The notes: a model not told the origin generated them from the letters alone. 32,000 nucleotides of DNA from Dickeya dadantii NCPPB 898 (GCF_000406145.1 NZ_CM001976.1:133186-165185); one strand, 5' to 3'. Counted from the first letter of the stretch, positions 9,455 to 19,917 are shown. Made by a program: numbers and translations.

Positions 9455-10381
9455 ATGTCCGAGCAGTTCCTCTATTTCCTTCAGCAGATGTTCAACGGCG
9501 TAACGTTGGGCAGCACCTATGCGCTGATCGCCATTGGCTACACCATGGTTTACGGCATTATCGGCATGATAAACTTCGCCCACGGCGAGGTTTATATGAT
9601 CGGTAGCTATGTTTCCTTTATCGTGATTGCCGCCCTGATGATGATGGGCATTGACGCCGGCTGGTTGCTGATTGGCGTCGCGTTCATCGCGGCGGTGGTG
9701 ATCTCCAGCGCCTACGGCTGGAGCATTGAGCGCGTGGCCTACAAGCCGGTGCGCAATTCCAAACGACTGATCGCGCTGATTTCCGCCATCGGTATGTCGA
9801 TTTTCCTGCAGAACTACGTCAGCCTGACGCAAGGGTCGCGCGACGTGGCGCTGCCGAGCTTGATCCACGGCCAGTGGGTACTGGGCGAAAGCAACGGCTT
9901 CGCCGCCACGCTCTCTTCCATGCAGCTCACCATCTGGATTGTCACTTTCCTGGCGATGCTGGCGCTGACGCTGTTTATCCGCTACTCCCGCATGGGGCGC
10001 GCCTGCCGCGCCTGCGCGGAAGACCTGAAAATGGCCAGCCTGCTGGGCATCAGTACCGACCGCGTGATTTCACTGACTTTCGTCATCGGCGCCGTGATGG
10101 CGGCGGTGGCCGGGGTACTGCTGGGCCAGTTCTATGGCGTGATTAACCCCTATATCGGCTTCATGGCCGGGATGAAAGCGTTTACCGCCGCGGTGCTGGG
10201 CGGTATCGGCAGTATTCCGGGGGCGATGATTGGCGGTCTGGTGTTGGGGATCGCCGAAGCGCTGACTTCCGCCTACCTCAGCACCGAATATAAGGATGTG
10301 GTGTCCTTCGCGCTGCTGATTGGGGTGCTGCTGGTGATGCCGACCGGGATTCTGGGCCGTCCAGAGGTGGAGAAAGTATGA
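9455..10381 (+). CDS. livH: Branched-chain amino acid ABC transporter permease LivH
   Basis: 308-aa polytopic ORF beginning [34 protein letters not shown], as in E. coli LivH. Confidence 0.93.
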   Translation: MSEQFLYFLQQMFNGVTLGSTYALIAIGYTMVYGIIGMINFAHGEVYMIGSYVSFIVIAALMMMGIDAGWLLIGVAFIAAVVISSAYGWSIERVAYKPVRNSKRLIALISAIGMSIFLQNYVSLTQGSRDVALPSLIHGQWVLGESNGFAATLSSMQLTIWIVTFLAMLALTLFIRYSRMGRACRACAEDLKMASLLGISTDRVISLTFVIGAVMAAVAGVLLGQFYGVINPYIGFMAGMKAFTAAVLGGIGSIPGAMIGGLVLGIAEALTSAYLSTEYKDVVSFALLIGVLLVMPTGILGRPEVEKV

Positions 10382-11652
10382 AACTGCACACGCTGGTTAA
10401 TGCCGTTGTATCGGCGCTGGTGCTGCTGGTGCTGGCCACGTTCGTGATGGGCATGCAACTGAGTCTGGATGGGACTCAACTGGTGGTGCACGGCGCGGAA
10501 AAAGTGCGCTGGATGTGGATTATCGCCGCCTGTGTGCTGGTGTTCCTGTTTCAACTGCTGCGTCCCGTGCTGGCGCAGGGGGCGAAGAAAGTGTCCGGCC
10601 CCGGCTTGGTGCTGCCGAGTTTTGACGGCAGTACGCCGCGGCAGAAACTGCTGGCGCTGGCGCTGATCATCGCCGCCGTTGCCTGGCCGTTCGTGGTGTC
10701 GCGCGGTACGGTGGATATCGCCACGCTGACCATGATTTACATCATTCTGGGTCTTGGCCTGAACGTGGTGGTGGGGTTGTCCGGTCTGCTGGTGCTGGGA
10801 TACGGCGGTTTCTACGCCATCGGCGCTTACACCTATGCGCTGCTGAGTCACTACTACGGCCTCGGCTTTTGGCAGTGTTTGCCGCTGGCGGGCCTGACGG
10901 CGGCGCTGTCCGGTTTCCTGCTGGGATTCCCGGTGCTGCGGCTGCGCGGCGACTATCTGGCGATCGTCACCCTCGGGTTCGGCGAGATCGTGCGTATCCT
11001 GCTGCTCAACAACACCGGTTTTACCGGCGGCCCGAACGGCATCAGTCAGATTCCGAAGCCGACCTTTTTCGGCCTGGAGTTCAGCCGCTCGCCGCGCGAA
11101 GGCGGTTGGGATACCTTCCATCACTTCTTTGGCCTGACCTACGACCCCAGCGACCGCATCATCTTCCTGTACATGGTGGCGCTGTTGCTGGTGTTGCTGA
11201 CGCTGTTCGTCATCAATCGTTTGCTGCGCATGCCGCTGGGCCGCGCCTGGGAAGCGCTGCGCGAAGACGAAATCGCCTGCCGTTCGCTGGGCCTGAGCCC
11301 GACTAAAATCAAGCTGACCGCGTTTACCATCAGCGCGGCGTTCGCCGGTTTCGCCGGTACGCTGTTCGCCGCCCGTCAGGGGTTCGTCAGCCCGGAATCC
11401 TTCACCTTCGTCGAATCGGCCTTCGTGCTGGCCATCGTGGTGCTGGGCGGAATGGGCTCGCAGTTTGCGGTGATTCTGGCCGCCATTCTGCTGGTGGTAT
11501 CGCGCGAGTTGATGCGTGACCTGAACGAATACAGCATGTTGCTGCTGGGCGCTCTGATGGTGCTGATGATGATTTGGCGCCCGCAGGGGCTGCTACCGAT
11601 GAAGCGTACGCAGATCAAGTTGCAGGTTGAGAAGAAGGAAGAGCAGGCATGA
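10378..11652 (+). CDS. livM: Branched-chain amino acid ABC transporter permease LivM
   Basis: 424 aa. Long identical stretches to remembered LivM ([60 protein letters not shown]). ATGA overlap with livH. Confidence 0.93.
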   Translation: MKLHTLVNAVVSALVLLVLATFVMGMQLSLDGTQLVVHGAEKVRWMWIIAACVLVFLFQLLRPVLAQGAKKVSGPGLVLPSFDGSTPRQKLLALALIIAAVAWPFVVSRGTVDIATLTMIYIILGLGLNVVVGLSGLLVLGYGGFYAIGAYTYALLSHYYGLGFWQCLPLAGLTAALSGFLLGFPVLRLRGDYLAIVTLGFGEIVRILLLNNTGFTGGPNGISQIPKPTFFGLEFSRSPREGGWDTFHHFFGLTYDPSDRIIFLYMVALLLVLLTLFVINRLLRMPLGRAWEALREDEIACRSLGLSPTKIKLTAFTISAAFAGFAGTLFAARQGFVSPESFTFVESAFVLAIVVLGGMGSQFAVILAAILLVVSRELMRDLNEYSMLLLGALMVLMMIWRPQGLLPMKRTQIKLQVEKKEEQA

Positions 11653-12419
11653 GCACGCAGCCATTATTGTCGGTCCGGGGCCTGATGATGCGCTTCGGCG
11701 GCCTGCTGGCGGTCAACAACGTCGAGCTGGATTTGCATCAGGGCGAGATCGTGTCGCTGATCGGCCCCAACGGCGCCGGTAAAACCACCGTGTTTAACTG
11801 CCTGACCGGTTTCTACCGCCCCACCGGCGGCACCATTTTGCTGCGCGATCAGCATCTTGAAGGTTTGCCGGGCCAGCAGATTGCCCGCATGGGCGTGGTG
11901 CGCACCTTCCAGCACGTGCGCTTGTTCCGTGAGATGACGGTGATTGAAAACCTGCTGGTGGCGCAACATCAGCACCTCAAGAGCGGCGTGTTCGCCGGTC
12001 TGCTGAAGACGCCGGCGTTTCGCCGCGCCGAAGCCGATGCCCAGCAGCGCGCCGCCGTCTGGCTGGAGCGGGTGGGCTTACTTGAGCTGGCAAACCGTCA
12101 GGCGGGGAATCTGGCCTACGGCCAGCAGCGTCGGTTGGAGATCGCCCGCTGCATGGTGACCCGCCCGGAACTGCTGATGCTGGATGAACCGGCCGCCGGG
12201 CTGAACCCGAAAGAGACGGAAGAGCTTAACGAGCTGATTATCGACCTGCGCGGCAACCACCAGGTTTCCGTGCTGTTGATCGAGCATGACATGAAGCTGG
12301 TGATGGGCATTTCGGACCGGATTTACGTGGTGAATCAGGGCACGCCGCTGGCGAACGGCACCCCGGCTGAAATTCGTAATAACCCGGATGTGGTCCGTGC
12401 GTATCTGGGGGAAGGATAA
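11649..12419 (+). CDS. livG: Branched-chain amino acid ABC transporter ATPase LivG
   Basis: Walker [10 protein letters not shown], signature [12 protein letters not shown], Walker [12 protein letters not shown]. Overlaps livM by 4 nt. Confidence 0.93.
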   Translation: MSTQPLLSVRGLMMRFGGLLAVNNVELDLHQGEIVSLIGPNGAGKTTVFNCLTGFYRPTGGTILLRDQHLEGLPGQQIARMGVVRTFQHVRLFREMTVIENLLVAQHQHLKSGVFAGLLKTPAFRRAEADAQQRAAVWLERVGLLELANRQAGNLAYGQQRRLEIARCMVTRPELLMLDEPAAGLNPKETEELNELIIDLRGNHQVSVLLIEHDMKLVMGISDRIYVVNQGTPLANGTPAEIRNNPDVVRAYLGEG

Positions 12420-12425
12420 AACGTT

Positions 12426-13127
12426 ATGTTGTCATTGAATCAGGTTTCTGCGCACTACGGCAAAATCCAGGCGCTGCATCAGGTCAGCCTGCATATCAAT
12501 CAGGGCGAAATCGTGACGCTGATTGGCGCCAACGGTGCGGGCAAAACCACCCTGTTGGGGACACTGTGCGGCGAGCCGCGCGCCTCGGAAGGGTCGATCG
12601 TTTTCGACGGCAAGGACATTACCGACTGGCAGACGGCGCGCATCATGCGCGAAGCCATCGCCATCGTGCCGGAAGGCCGCCGGGTATTTTCCCGCATGAC
12701 GGTGGAAGAGAATCTGGCGATGGGCGGATTTTTCGCCAGCCGCGAGCAATATCAGCAGCGCATTGCGCGCGTGTACGACCTGTTCCCGCGGTTGTATGAG
12801 CGCCGCATCCAGCGTGCGGGCACCATGTCCGGCGGTGAGCAGCAAATGCTGGCTATCGGCCGTGCGCTGATGAGCCAGCCGCGTTTGCTGTTGCTGGACG
12901 AACCGTCGCTGGGGCTGGCGCCGATCATCATTTTGCAGATTTTCGACACCATCCAGCAGCTGCGCGAAGAAGGCATGACCATCTTTCTGGTGGAGCAGAA
13001 CGCCAATCAGGCGCTGCGTCTGGCGGATCGCGGCTACGTGCTGGAAAACGGTCGCGTGGTGCTGGAAGACACCGGCGATGCTTTGTTAGCTAACGAAGCC
13101 GTGCGTTCTGCCTACCTTGGCGGTTAA
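12426..13127 (+). CDS. livF: Branched-chain amino acid ABC transporter ATPase LivF
   Basis: Walker A GANGAGKTT, signature MSGGEQQMLAIGRAL, Walker B LLLLDEPSLGLAP. Confidence 0.93.
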   Translation: MLSLNQVSAHYGKIQALHQVSLHINQGEIVTLIGANGAGKTTLLGTLCGEPRASEGSIVFDGKDITDWQTARIMREAIAIVPEGRRVFSRMTVEENLAMGGFFASREQYQQRIARVYDLFPRLYERRIQRAGTMSGGEQQMLAIGRALMSQPRLLLLDEPSLGLAPIIILQIFDTIQQLREEGMTIFLVEQNANQALRLADRGYVLENGRVVLEDTGDALLANEAVRSAYLGG

Positions 13128-13135
13128 AATCTTCC

Positions 13136-13162
13136 CGGGCCGGATTTCACCGGCCCGTTTTT
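13136..13162 (+). terminator. Rho-independent terminator of the liv operon
   Basis: Perfect stem CGGGCCGG (13136-13143) / CCGGCCCG (13150-13157), then TTTTT. Confidence 0.75.
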
Positions 13163-13197
13163 CTATCATCCTTTCAAAAAAATAAGTGAGATTCGAC

Positions 13198-14382
13198 ATG
13201 TCAACGGATGGGTTACTGGCGCAGCGTATGGCGCGCCTGAAAAGCTCCGCGATTCGTGAATTGCTCAAACACAGCAAAATGGACGGGGTGATTTCGTTGG
13301 CGGGCGGCATTCCTTCTGATGCGTTGTTTGATTTCCAGGGACTGAATGAAGCGACCCAACTGGCGATTACCGAACAGCCGAAATCGGCGTTCCAGTATGG
13401 CCTGACCGAAGGCAGCCCGCTGCTGCGTGAGCGTATCGCCGAGCTGTGCGCGCTGCGTGGCGTTCACACGCAGGCGCAGGACATCGTGGTCACCGCCGGT
13501 TCCCAGCAGGCGCTGGATCTGGTGATGCGCGCTATCACCAACCCGCAGGATATCTTTGTGGTAGAGCGCCCGACCTATCTGGCGGCGTTACAGACGCTGG
13601 AACTGGCGGAAGCGCAGGTAATGTCGGTGTCGTCCGACGAAAACGGCATGGTGGTGGACGAACTGGCCGCGCTGCTGGAAACCACGCGCATCAAAGGCGT
13701 CTATCTGGTGCCGAACTTCGGCAACCCCAGCGGCGTGACCCTGAGCGACGCGCGTCGCCGTCAACTGGTGGCGCTGGCCGCCCGCCACGATTTCCTGATC
13801 GTGGAAGATGACCCGTACGGCGAACTGCGTTTCACCGAAGAACGCCACGCCACCCTTTATCAACTGGCGAAAGAGGCCGGGCACGCCGATCGCGTGGTGT
13901 ATACCTCGTCGTTCTCCAAAATCCTGGCACCGGGGCTGCGTCTGGGCTGGGCGATTCTGCCCGACTGGCTGCTGCATAAAGTGGCGATCATCAAACAGGC
14001 CGCCGATCTGCACGCCAGCTCGCTGTCGCAGACTATCGTCGAATACTATCTGGGTACCGGGCGCTTGCCGGCGCAGATTGACAAGATCCGTCAGGCTTAT
14101 CGCCAGAAAGGCGAACTGCTGTCCGAACTGATGGTCAGTGAGCTGGGCGATGTGATCAGCTTCAATCAGCCGAAAGGCGGCATGTTCCTGTGGGCGCGTT
14201 TCCGTCAGCCGTTCGATACCACCGCCTGGCTGCAAAAAACGCTGGCGCAGGGCGTGGTGTTCGTGCCCGGCGAGTTCTTCTTTGCCGATAATCCGGACCA
14301 GTCAACGCTGCGCCTGTCGTTCGCCACCGCGACCGAAGAGCAGATGCACGAGGCGGTTGCCCGCCTGCGTCGCGCGCTGTAA
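13198..14382 (+). CDS. PLP-dependent aminotransferase, class I/II (ARO8 / 2-aminoadipate-transaminase-like, no DNA-binding domain)
   Basis: ~394 aa. LKSSAIRELLK, ISLAGGIP, NPSG, IVEDDPYGELRF and SSFSKILAPGLRLGW (the PLP lysine) are fold-type I aminotransferase motifs. The start could instead be GTG 13186. Confidence 0.8.
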   Translation: MSTDGLLAQRMARLKSSAIRELLKHSKMDGVISLAGGIPSDALFDFQGLNEATQLAITEQPKSAFQYGLTEGSPLLRERIAELCALRGVHTQAQDIVVTAGSQQALDLVMRAITNPQDIFVVERPTYLAALQTLELAEAQVMSVSSDENGMVVDELAALLETTRIKGVYLVPNFGNPSGVTLSDARRRQLVALAARHDFLIVEDDPYGELRFTEERHATLYQLAKEAGHADRVVYTSSFSKILAPGLRLGWAILPDWLLHKVAIIKQAADLHASSLSQTIVEYYLGTGRLPAQIDKIRQAYRQKGELLSELMVSELGDVISFNQPKGGMFLWARFRQPFDTTAWLQKTLAQGVVFVPGEFFFADNPDQSTLRLSFATATEEQMHEAVARLRRAL

Positions 14383-14391
14383 CCAGCGATG

Positions 14392-14414
14392 ACCGCTGCC
14401 GTTTCGGCAGCGGT
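14392..14414 (+). terminator. Hairpin between the convergent aminotransferase and MCP1 genes
   Basis: Perfect 10-bp stem ACCGCTGCCG / CGGCAGCGGT with a TTT loop. The T tail is weak (TGTT). Confidence 0.45.
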
Positions 14415-14512
14415 TGTTCAAGCGAGACAAGGTACGGATTGCCTCCATTCTGCTAACGTTCTCTCCCTGCTTAAGGCGCTCATCCCATTGATGTCGGCCA
14501 TGGACATCTGCC

Positions 14513-16150
14513 CTAATGCGTAGCCAACTGCTGGCCGGCGACCGGTACTAACGAGTGCTCGTCCGCGGTGTCCAGCCGCTTGCGGGAAATCACGTCGTCC
14601 ACCACGAACACGCTGATGACCTCCACCAGATGCGCCGCCTGATGATTCAGGTTGTCGGTAGCACAGGCGGATTCTTCAACCAGCGCCGCATTTTGGTGGG
14701 TAACCTGATCCAGTTGAGCGATGGCGGTGTTAATCTGCGCTATGCCTTGCTGCTGTTCGTTGGTGGTGATGCCTATCTCGTTGATCAGTTGCGCCACCTG
14801 ACGGGATTGCTCCAGCAGTTCGCTGATGGTGCTGCCCGCCAGATTGACCCGATCTGCCCCGGTTTCGATCTTCTTCACGCTTTCGATGATCAGCGATTTT
14901 ATTTCGCGGGCGGCGGAGGCGGAGTGCTGCGCCAGCGAACGCACCTCGTGAGCGACGACCGCAAAGCCTTTGCCTTCTTCGCCCGCCCGAGCCGCCTCGA
15001 CCCCGGCGTTCAGCGCCAGGATGTTGGTCTGGAAGGCAATATTGTCGATCAGGCTGATAATTTCGACGATTTGATGTGAGCTTTGGGTGATGTCCGCCAT
15101 GGTAGCGACCACGTCCCCCACGACCTGATTGCCTTTTGATGCCGTCTGGCTGGTGGCGTTGGCCAGCTCAGCCGCCATCCTGATGGTTTCGACGTTATGG
15201 CTGACCGCGTTGCTGATTTGCTCCATGGACGCCGCGGTTTGTTGCAGACTGGCGGCCTGCTCTTCGGTGCGCTGGCTGAGGTCATTCGTGCCGGCGGCGA
15301 TTTCATTGGCGCCCGAGGCGATCGCATGGCTGCTCTGACTGACCTGCTCGACGATGTTGATCAGCCCGCCGCGCATCTGGTCGATGGCGGCCAGCACGCT
15401 GCTGTTGTCTTTATCCCGTATTGGGATGGTCGTGATCAGGTTGCCCTGTGCGATTTGCTGGGCGATGCTGGCGGCATCCGCTGGTTCGCCGCCCAGCTTG
15501 CTTCTCACCTGTCGGGTGATAAACCAGGCCACCAGACAGCCTATTGCCATAGCGATGAGCGCCAGCGTCAGCATGGTTTGCCCGGCGCTATCCGCCCGCT
15601 GTTCCGAGCTGTGCGCCAGGTCGGCGGTGGCGTTTTTCTGATAATTGATAATATCATCAATGGCGTCGAAGACTTTATTTTGCGCCGGCTGGAATTCATT
15701 CAGAATAACCGCTTTTGCCTCTTCATCCTGGTTTTCCAATGCCAGCGCTTCAGCCTTTTTCAATGCCTGAATATTTTCAGGCCGTACGCTTTCCAGATTT
15801 TTCAATAATACTTTCGCATCTGGGGAAACGGTCATACTGCTGAATGTATTGATGATCTCTGTGCTTTTATCAATGGTTTCCCTGATGCGTTTACTTTCCG
15901 CTGCCATTTGCGCCTGATCGGTCATCATGACCATATTTCGAATGGCGTTGGCGACGATATTAATATTGTCTTTGTAGTTATGGATAAGTACCAGTTTCAC
16001 TAATCGGTTTTGCGCGAGCGTTTCGATATTTCCGCTTAACTGGTGCAATTGAAAACGACCGAAACTGGCGACCAGAAAGCCAATGATAATGACGGCGGCG
16101 AAACTAATACTGAGCAGCGTGCCCAATTTCATCTTTTTGAATAAGTTCAT
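14513..16150 (-). CDS. Methyl-accepting chemotaxis protein, 4-helix-bundle-type sensor (MCP1, most divergent paralog)
   Basis: Start trimmed to [10 protein letters not shown]. It has TM1, a ~160-aa helical periplasmic region, TM2 ending AWFITRQ, and HAMP. Signalling motifs are [26 protein letters not shown], the tip [22 protein letters not shown], and [10 protein letters not shown]. There is no C-terminal pentapeptide. Confidence 0.9.
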   Translation of the reverse strand: MNLFKKMKLGTLLSISFAAVIIIGFLVASFGRFQLHQLSGNIETLAQNRLVKLVLIHNYKDNINIVANAIRNMVMMTDQAQMAAESKRIRETIDKSTEIINTFSSMTVSPDAKVLLKNLESVRPENIQALKKAEALALENQDEEAKAVILNEFQPAQNKVFDAIDDIINYQKNATADLAHSSEQRADSAGQTMLTLALIAMAIGCLVAWFITRQVRSKLGGEPADAASIAQQIAQGNLITTIPIRDKDNSSVLAAIDQMRGGLINIVEQVSQSSHAIASGANEIAAGTNDLSQRTEEQAASLQQTAASMEQISNAVSHNVETIRMAAELANATSQTASKGNQVVGDVVATMADITQSSHQIVEIISLIDNIAFQTNILALNAGVEAARAGEEGKGFAVVAHEVRSLAQHSASAAREIKSLIIESVKKIETGADRVNLAGSTISELLEQSRQVAQLINEIGITTNEQQQGIAQINTAIAQLDQVTHQNAALVEESACATDNLNHQAAHLVEVISVFVVDDVISRKRLDTADEHSLVPVAGQQLATH

Positions 16151-16777
16151 AATCTTTCTTGCCTGTGTGTAGACGCCCGCGTGCACGACGGCGATGCCAG
16201 AACGAAAGGGGGATCACGCCGCCGTCGCTATCACGGTTAAGGCCTGACATGCCCGTTATTTATTGGGTTGTGACCCTTTTTTCCGATGTTTTTGTTGCAG
16301 GTTGGTCGCCCCGGCACTCAACGACAACATCTGCCTGCGGTCTTAAACTGGCTCCGCGAGCGCTGAATGTTTGCGTTCAATGACGAGGCGCAGACGCATG
16401 TACCATGCACGCCCGTTAAAGGACACCGCCACGCTACTCTTTGGTCTGGTGCTGGACCCTCGCTCAAGCGGGCGAGAGCAAAAAGAATGGATGCTGGCTT
16501 AGGCATACGTTACGCATCATGCGGGTGCAGCCTGGATTCAGGCTTGTCGAACCGCGCCGTTCTATCCGAACGGCAGCGACAAGCGATGATTATTTGAACT
16601 ACTCATTTGACTATGAGCGGCGTTTTGCCGTTTGTCTAATCACCTCCCGGTGTATTTTTTGTCGACAAGGCCGGGAGGCGCTCGGGTGACCTGACTCGGC
16701 CCGGCGAGCACGCCCAACCACGTGTATGGCATCGCCTGACGGTTCACATATATTTATGTTTTAACAGACCACAGGCC

Positions 16778-16804
16778 TAAAGGCGGCGGGCGCGGTGCCG
16801 TTAT
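16778..16804 (+). promoter_or_regulatory. Candidate sigma-28 (FliA) promoter for the orphan gene
   Basis: TAAAGGCG (16778-16785), an 11-nt spacer, then GCCGTTAT (16797-16804). The remembered consensus is TAAAGTTT-N11-GCCGATAA. It lies ~105 nt upstream of ATG 16910. Confidence 0.55.
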
Positions 16805-16909
16805 GTTTCAATATATGTCAGAAAGACTCTGCCTGATGGCGCGTGATTACACCTCCCAGGCTCTTCGTCTTTGCTGATGGACCATTACCGGCACTGCATA
16901 GGATTTCCG

Positions 16910-17827
16910 ATGACTTCTCCCATCTCTTTCAACCGTTCTGCCGCGGGTACGTCAGCGCAGAATGCCAGGACCGATAACGACGCCGGTAGTACGGCTCGTG
17001 CCGGCGCGCAAGCCGATGCTTCTCAGGAACAACCGTCGGTCACCTCCGTGCTGGTGCAATTCAGCGACGAGGTCCGTAAGCGGATTGATAGCGCAATGCG
17101 GACCAATATGAGCAAAATTAACGAGTCTAAACAGGATCTGGCTCGTGGGCGCATCGAAGAAATCAAACGGCGCATCCAGATGCTGAAGATGATGATGATG
17201 ATGTCGCCCGGTCAGTCGGTTCCTCCCGGCGTACTGCGCGAGATTCGCCAACTGGCCGCAGAGCTGGGCCAGGCGGCGAAAACCTTGAATGACGGCGGGG
17301 GAAACGGCGTGGCTAATGCCGGAACCGCGGGCGGGGAAGGCTCGTCCGGCGCCGTTGCCAATGGCGTCGGCGATGCTTCCGCTTCTGCGTTGTCCGGGGC
17401 GATGTCCGTGTCTGCCGCAGGTGAGAACGCGTCTGCCGAATCCGATGGTCTGGGGGGCGAAGACCAGGCTGTCGGCGCGTCGCCGGTGGCAAAAAGCGGT
17501 GAGGAGGCATCCGCGCAGGAGGCGGAGCAATTGCAGAACGTGGTGGCTGCAATTACCGAGCGGGGAGCCGGGTCGCAGCAGCGCCGGATGGATGCGAAGT
17601 TGGTACAGGACGCCGTTCGCGAGCTGAAATCGCTGCTCGCGATGGTGAAAAATGCCAGCAAAAATGACGACAAAGAAGCCCAGAAGCAGATTCAGGCTAT
17701 CAATCAATCTATTGCCGATATTGAGAAGACGGTTCAGTCGATGAACATGACGGGAAGCGGGGCGGACATCAGCGTCGATCTGTCTGTCGGCCCAGCGGGT
17801 AATGTCTCGATTGATGTGCAGGTCTGA
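16910..17827 (+). CDS. Orphan acidic Gly/Ala/Ser-rich protein with two helical segments; function unknown
   Basis: 305-aa ORF from ATG 16910, with AGGA 6 nt upstream. The track ORF begins 13 codons earlier at a TTG. Codon usage is host-like. It has no Cys/Trp/Tyr/His. I recognise no family with confidence. Confidence 0.7.
   Translation: MTSPISFNRSAAGTSAQNARTDNDAGSTARAGAQADASQEQPSVTSVLVQFSDEVRKRIDSAMRTNMSKINESKQDLARGRIEEIKRRIQMLKMMMMMSPGQSVPPGVLREIRQLAAELGQAAKTLNDGGGNGVANAGTAGGEGSSGAVANGVGDASASALSGAMSVSAAGENASAESDGLGGEDQAVGASPVAKSGEEASAQEAEQLQNVVAAITERGAGSQQRRMDAKLVQDAVRELKSLLAMVKNASKNDDKEAQKQIQAINQSIADIEKTVQSMNMTGSGADISVDLSVGPAGNVSIDVQV
17189..17203 (+). repeat. (ATG)5 trinucleotide repeat encoding Met5 inside the orphan gene
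   Basis: Read directly: ctgaag ATGATGATGATGATG tcg, giving LK-MMMMM-S. Confidence 0.95.
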
Positions 17828-17861
17828 CAGTCAGGCGTGCAGCGCGGCGGCGTGCAATGAT

Positions 17862-17893
17862 TCGGGGAGTCGGCATTCTTTCCTCCTCCCCGA
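17862..17893. other. Hairpin between the convergent orphan gene and MCP2
   Basis: 8-bp stem TCGGGGAG / CTCCCCGA with a 16-nt loop. No clear T tract on either strand. Confidence 0.3.
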
Positions 17894-17925
17894 TGACTTG
17901 CTCGGTGTACCGCTTGCGCCGTAGG

Positions 17926-19545
17926 TTAGCGTGACGCCAACGCCAGACGCCAGTCGCCGCCGTGTGAACACTGAGGCTGAGCGGCGTGACCGTCGAGTAC
18001 GAACACATTCATCAGTTGCACCAGATGACCGGCCTGAGCGTTCAGGCTGTCGGCGGCACTGGCGGACTGCTCCACCAGCGCGGCGTTCTGCTGGGTGACC
18101 TGATCGAGCTGGCTGACCGCCTGATGGATCTGGCCGATGCCGGACTCCTGCTCGGTGGTGGTCACTCCGATTTCCTTAATCAATTCAGCGACATGATGGG
18201 CCTGAGAAACAATCTCTTCCATCGTGACGCCCGCATGGCCGACGCGTTGCGAACCGCTTTCCACCTTTTCCATGCTCTCGGTGATCAGTTCTTTGATTTC
18301 CCGGGCGGCGGAAGCGGAGCGCTGCGCCAGCGAACGCACCTCGCCGGCCACCACCGCGAAGCCGCGGCCCTGCTCGCCGGCGCGAGCGGCTTCCACCGCC
18401 GCATTCAGCGCCAGAATGTTGGTCTGGAAAGCAATGCCGTCGATAACGCTGATAATATCGCCGATTTTACGTGAACTGCTGGTGATCTCCTCCATGGTGC
18501 GGATGACGTCGCTCACCACTTCGCTGCCTTTGGCGGCCGTCTGGCTGGCGGTGGTGGCAAGCTGGGCGGCTTCGCGCACCGTATCGCCGTTCTGGCGAAT
18601 GGTCTGGCTGATTTGTTCCATTGAGGCGGCGGTTTGTTGCAGGCTGGCAGCCTGCTCTTCGGTGCGCTGGCTGAGATCGGCGTTGCCGATGGCGATCTGC
18701 TGCGAGCCGGTGGCGATGGATTCGCTGCTCTGGCGTACCTGACTGACGATATGGCTAAGGCTGTCGCGCATGGTGCGCATGGCGGCCAGCAGGCTGTGGT
18801 GGTCGCTGGTTTTCAGCATGACATCAATGGACAGGTCGCCCTGCGCCACCTGCTGGGCGATATGCGAGGCATAGGTCGGCTCGCCGCCCAGTTGTCCTTT
18901 CACCCGGCGGGTGATCAGCCAGGCCACCAGCGCGCCCAGTAGGGCGCTGATAGCGGTTACGATCAACAGCAGGGTGCCGGAATAGCTGGCATCCGCCATG
19001 AAACGCTGAGACATGGCGATGGTGTCGTTTTTGTGTTCGGTGATCATGGTGTCCATGGCGTTGAACAGCGTGGTCTGCGTGGTCAGCAGGTCGCCCAGAA
19101 TCAGCGCGCGGGCTTGCTCCTGCTGGCCGGACAGGCTCAGTTCAATCACTTTTCGCACCGCGTTGGAATAAGGCGGGCGCGCCTGATTAATTTGCGCCAG
19201 TAATTCGCGTGATTTTTTCAGCTTCAGTTTTTCATCCAACTGCCTGAGTAAGTCGTTGTTACGGTCGATGAGCTGTTCGAGATCGTGCTTTTCCTGAGCG
19301 AGGTGAGCGGCGTCGGTCTGTATGGCGCTTTCCCGAATAATGCGGGCGGCCGCATTCAGATTGTCTTTAATTTCCTGCATGGCGATCAGGTTATTCAGGC
19401 GAATATTGGACAGGTAATCCAGATTATTGCCCACATGAATTAGCTGGCTGCGCCCGAAAATCGCGACGATAAAACCGATCAGGATGACCAGTATAAAACC
19501 GGATCCGAGCATCGCGCCGAGCTTCATATTTTTTAGTATCTGCAT
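17926..19545 (-). CDS. Methyl-accepting chemotaxis protein, 4-helix-bundle-type sensor (MCP2)
   Basis: Start trimmed to [10 protein letters not shown] (AAGG upstream). TM2 ends AWLITRR. It has [42 protein letters not shown] and [10 protein letters not shown], and ends ..DWRLALASR with no pentapeptide. Confidence 0.92.
   Translation of the reverse strand: MQILKNMKLGAMLGSGFILVILIGFIVAIFGRSQLIHVGNNLDYLSNIRLNNLIAMQEIKDNLNAAARIIRESAIQTDAAHLAQEKHDLEQLIDRNNDLLRQLDEKLKLKKSRELLAQINQARPPYSNAVRKVIELSLSGQQEQARALILGDLLTTQTTLFNAMDTMITEHKNDTIAMSQRFMADASYSGTLLLIVTAISALLGALVAWLITRRVKGQLGGEPTYASHIAQQVAQGDLSIDVMLKTSDHHSLLAAMRTMRDSLSHIVSQVRQSSESIATGSQQIAIGNADLSQRTEEQAASLQQTAASMEQISQTIRQNGDTVREAAQLATTASQTAAKGSEVVSDVIRTMEEITSSSRKIGDIISVIDGIAFQTNILALNAAVEAARAGEQGRGFAVVAGEVRSLAQRSASAAREIKELITESMEKVESGSQRVGHAGVTMEEIVSQAHHVAELIKEIGVTTTEQESGIGQIHQAVSQLDQVTQQNAALVEQSASAADSLNAQAGHLVQLMNVFVLDGHAAQPQCSHGGDWRLALASR
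17995..18921. repeat. Direct repeat copy A (~0.93 kb, MCP2 HAMP + signalling module)
   Basis: Aligns base for base with 20188-21114 at a constant offset of 2193 nt. 18314-18437 is identical over 124 nt by my count. Confidence 0.85.
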
Positions 19546-19917
19546 TATGTGCCTTATTCTATTGGGTATTGCTGTCATCAATAGATTCGCATCCCTGGTG
19601 TGAAGCGAACTGTGTGTATTGGTCAATGATGGGTGCCGGCGGAAAGACTCTGCCGAAACAATCTATGGCGAATTGATCTCAACCTGTTAGCGGTGGGTAG
19701 CGAAATGATTTTTTAGTTAATTAACTTTTTAACAAAATGTATGCATTTGTTTACCGTGACAACATGCAGAAGGCTGGGCGGAATATAAAAGCAGGCTATT
19801 ATTAACTGATAAAAAATATCATCCGCTAAAGCATTTAACGCCATTAAACATTATGGCCGATGAACGCGTATGCACCGGCGGAAAATGGGGTCAGCGCAAC
19901 GCGAATAATTCAGGGTA

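Noticed and set aside
16821-16833. 13-mer GAAAGACTCTGCC shared between the orphan gene leader (16821-16833) and the MCP2 upstream spacer (19642-19654).
   Set aside because: Several 13-nt coincidences are expected by chance in a 32 kb self-comparison. The two copies also have opposite orientation relative to their genes.
19715-19726. 12-bp palindrome AGTTAATTAACT ~170 bp upstream of MCP2.
   Set aside because: Short AT-only palindromes are common in AT-rich spacers. There is no second copy or flanking conservation to support an operator.
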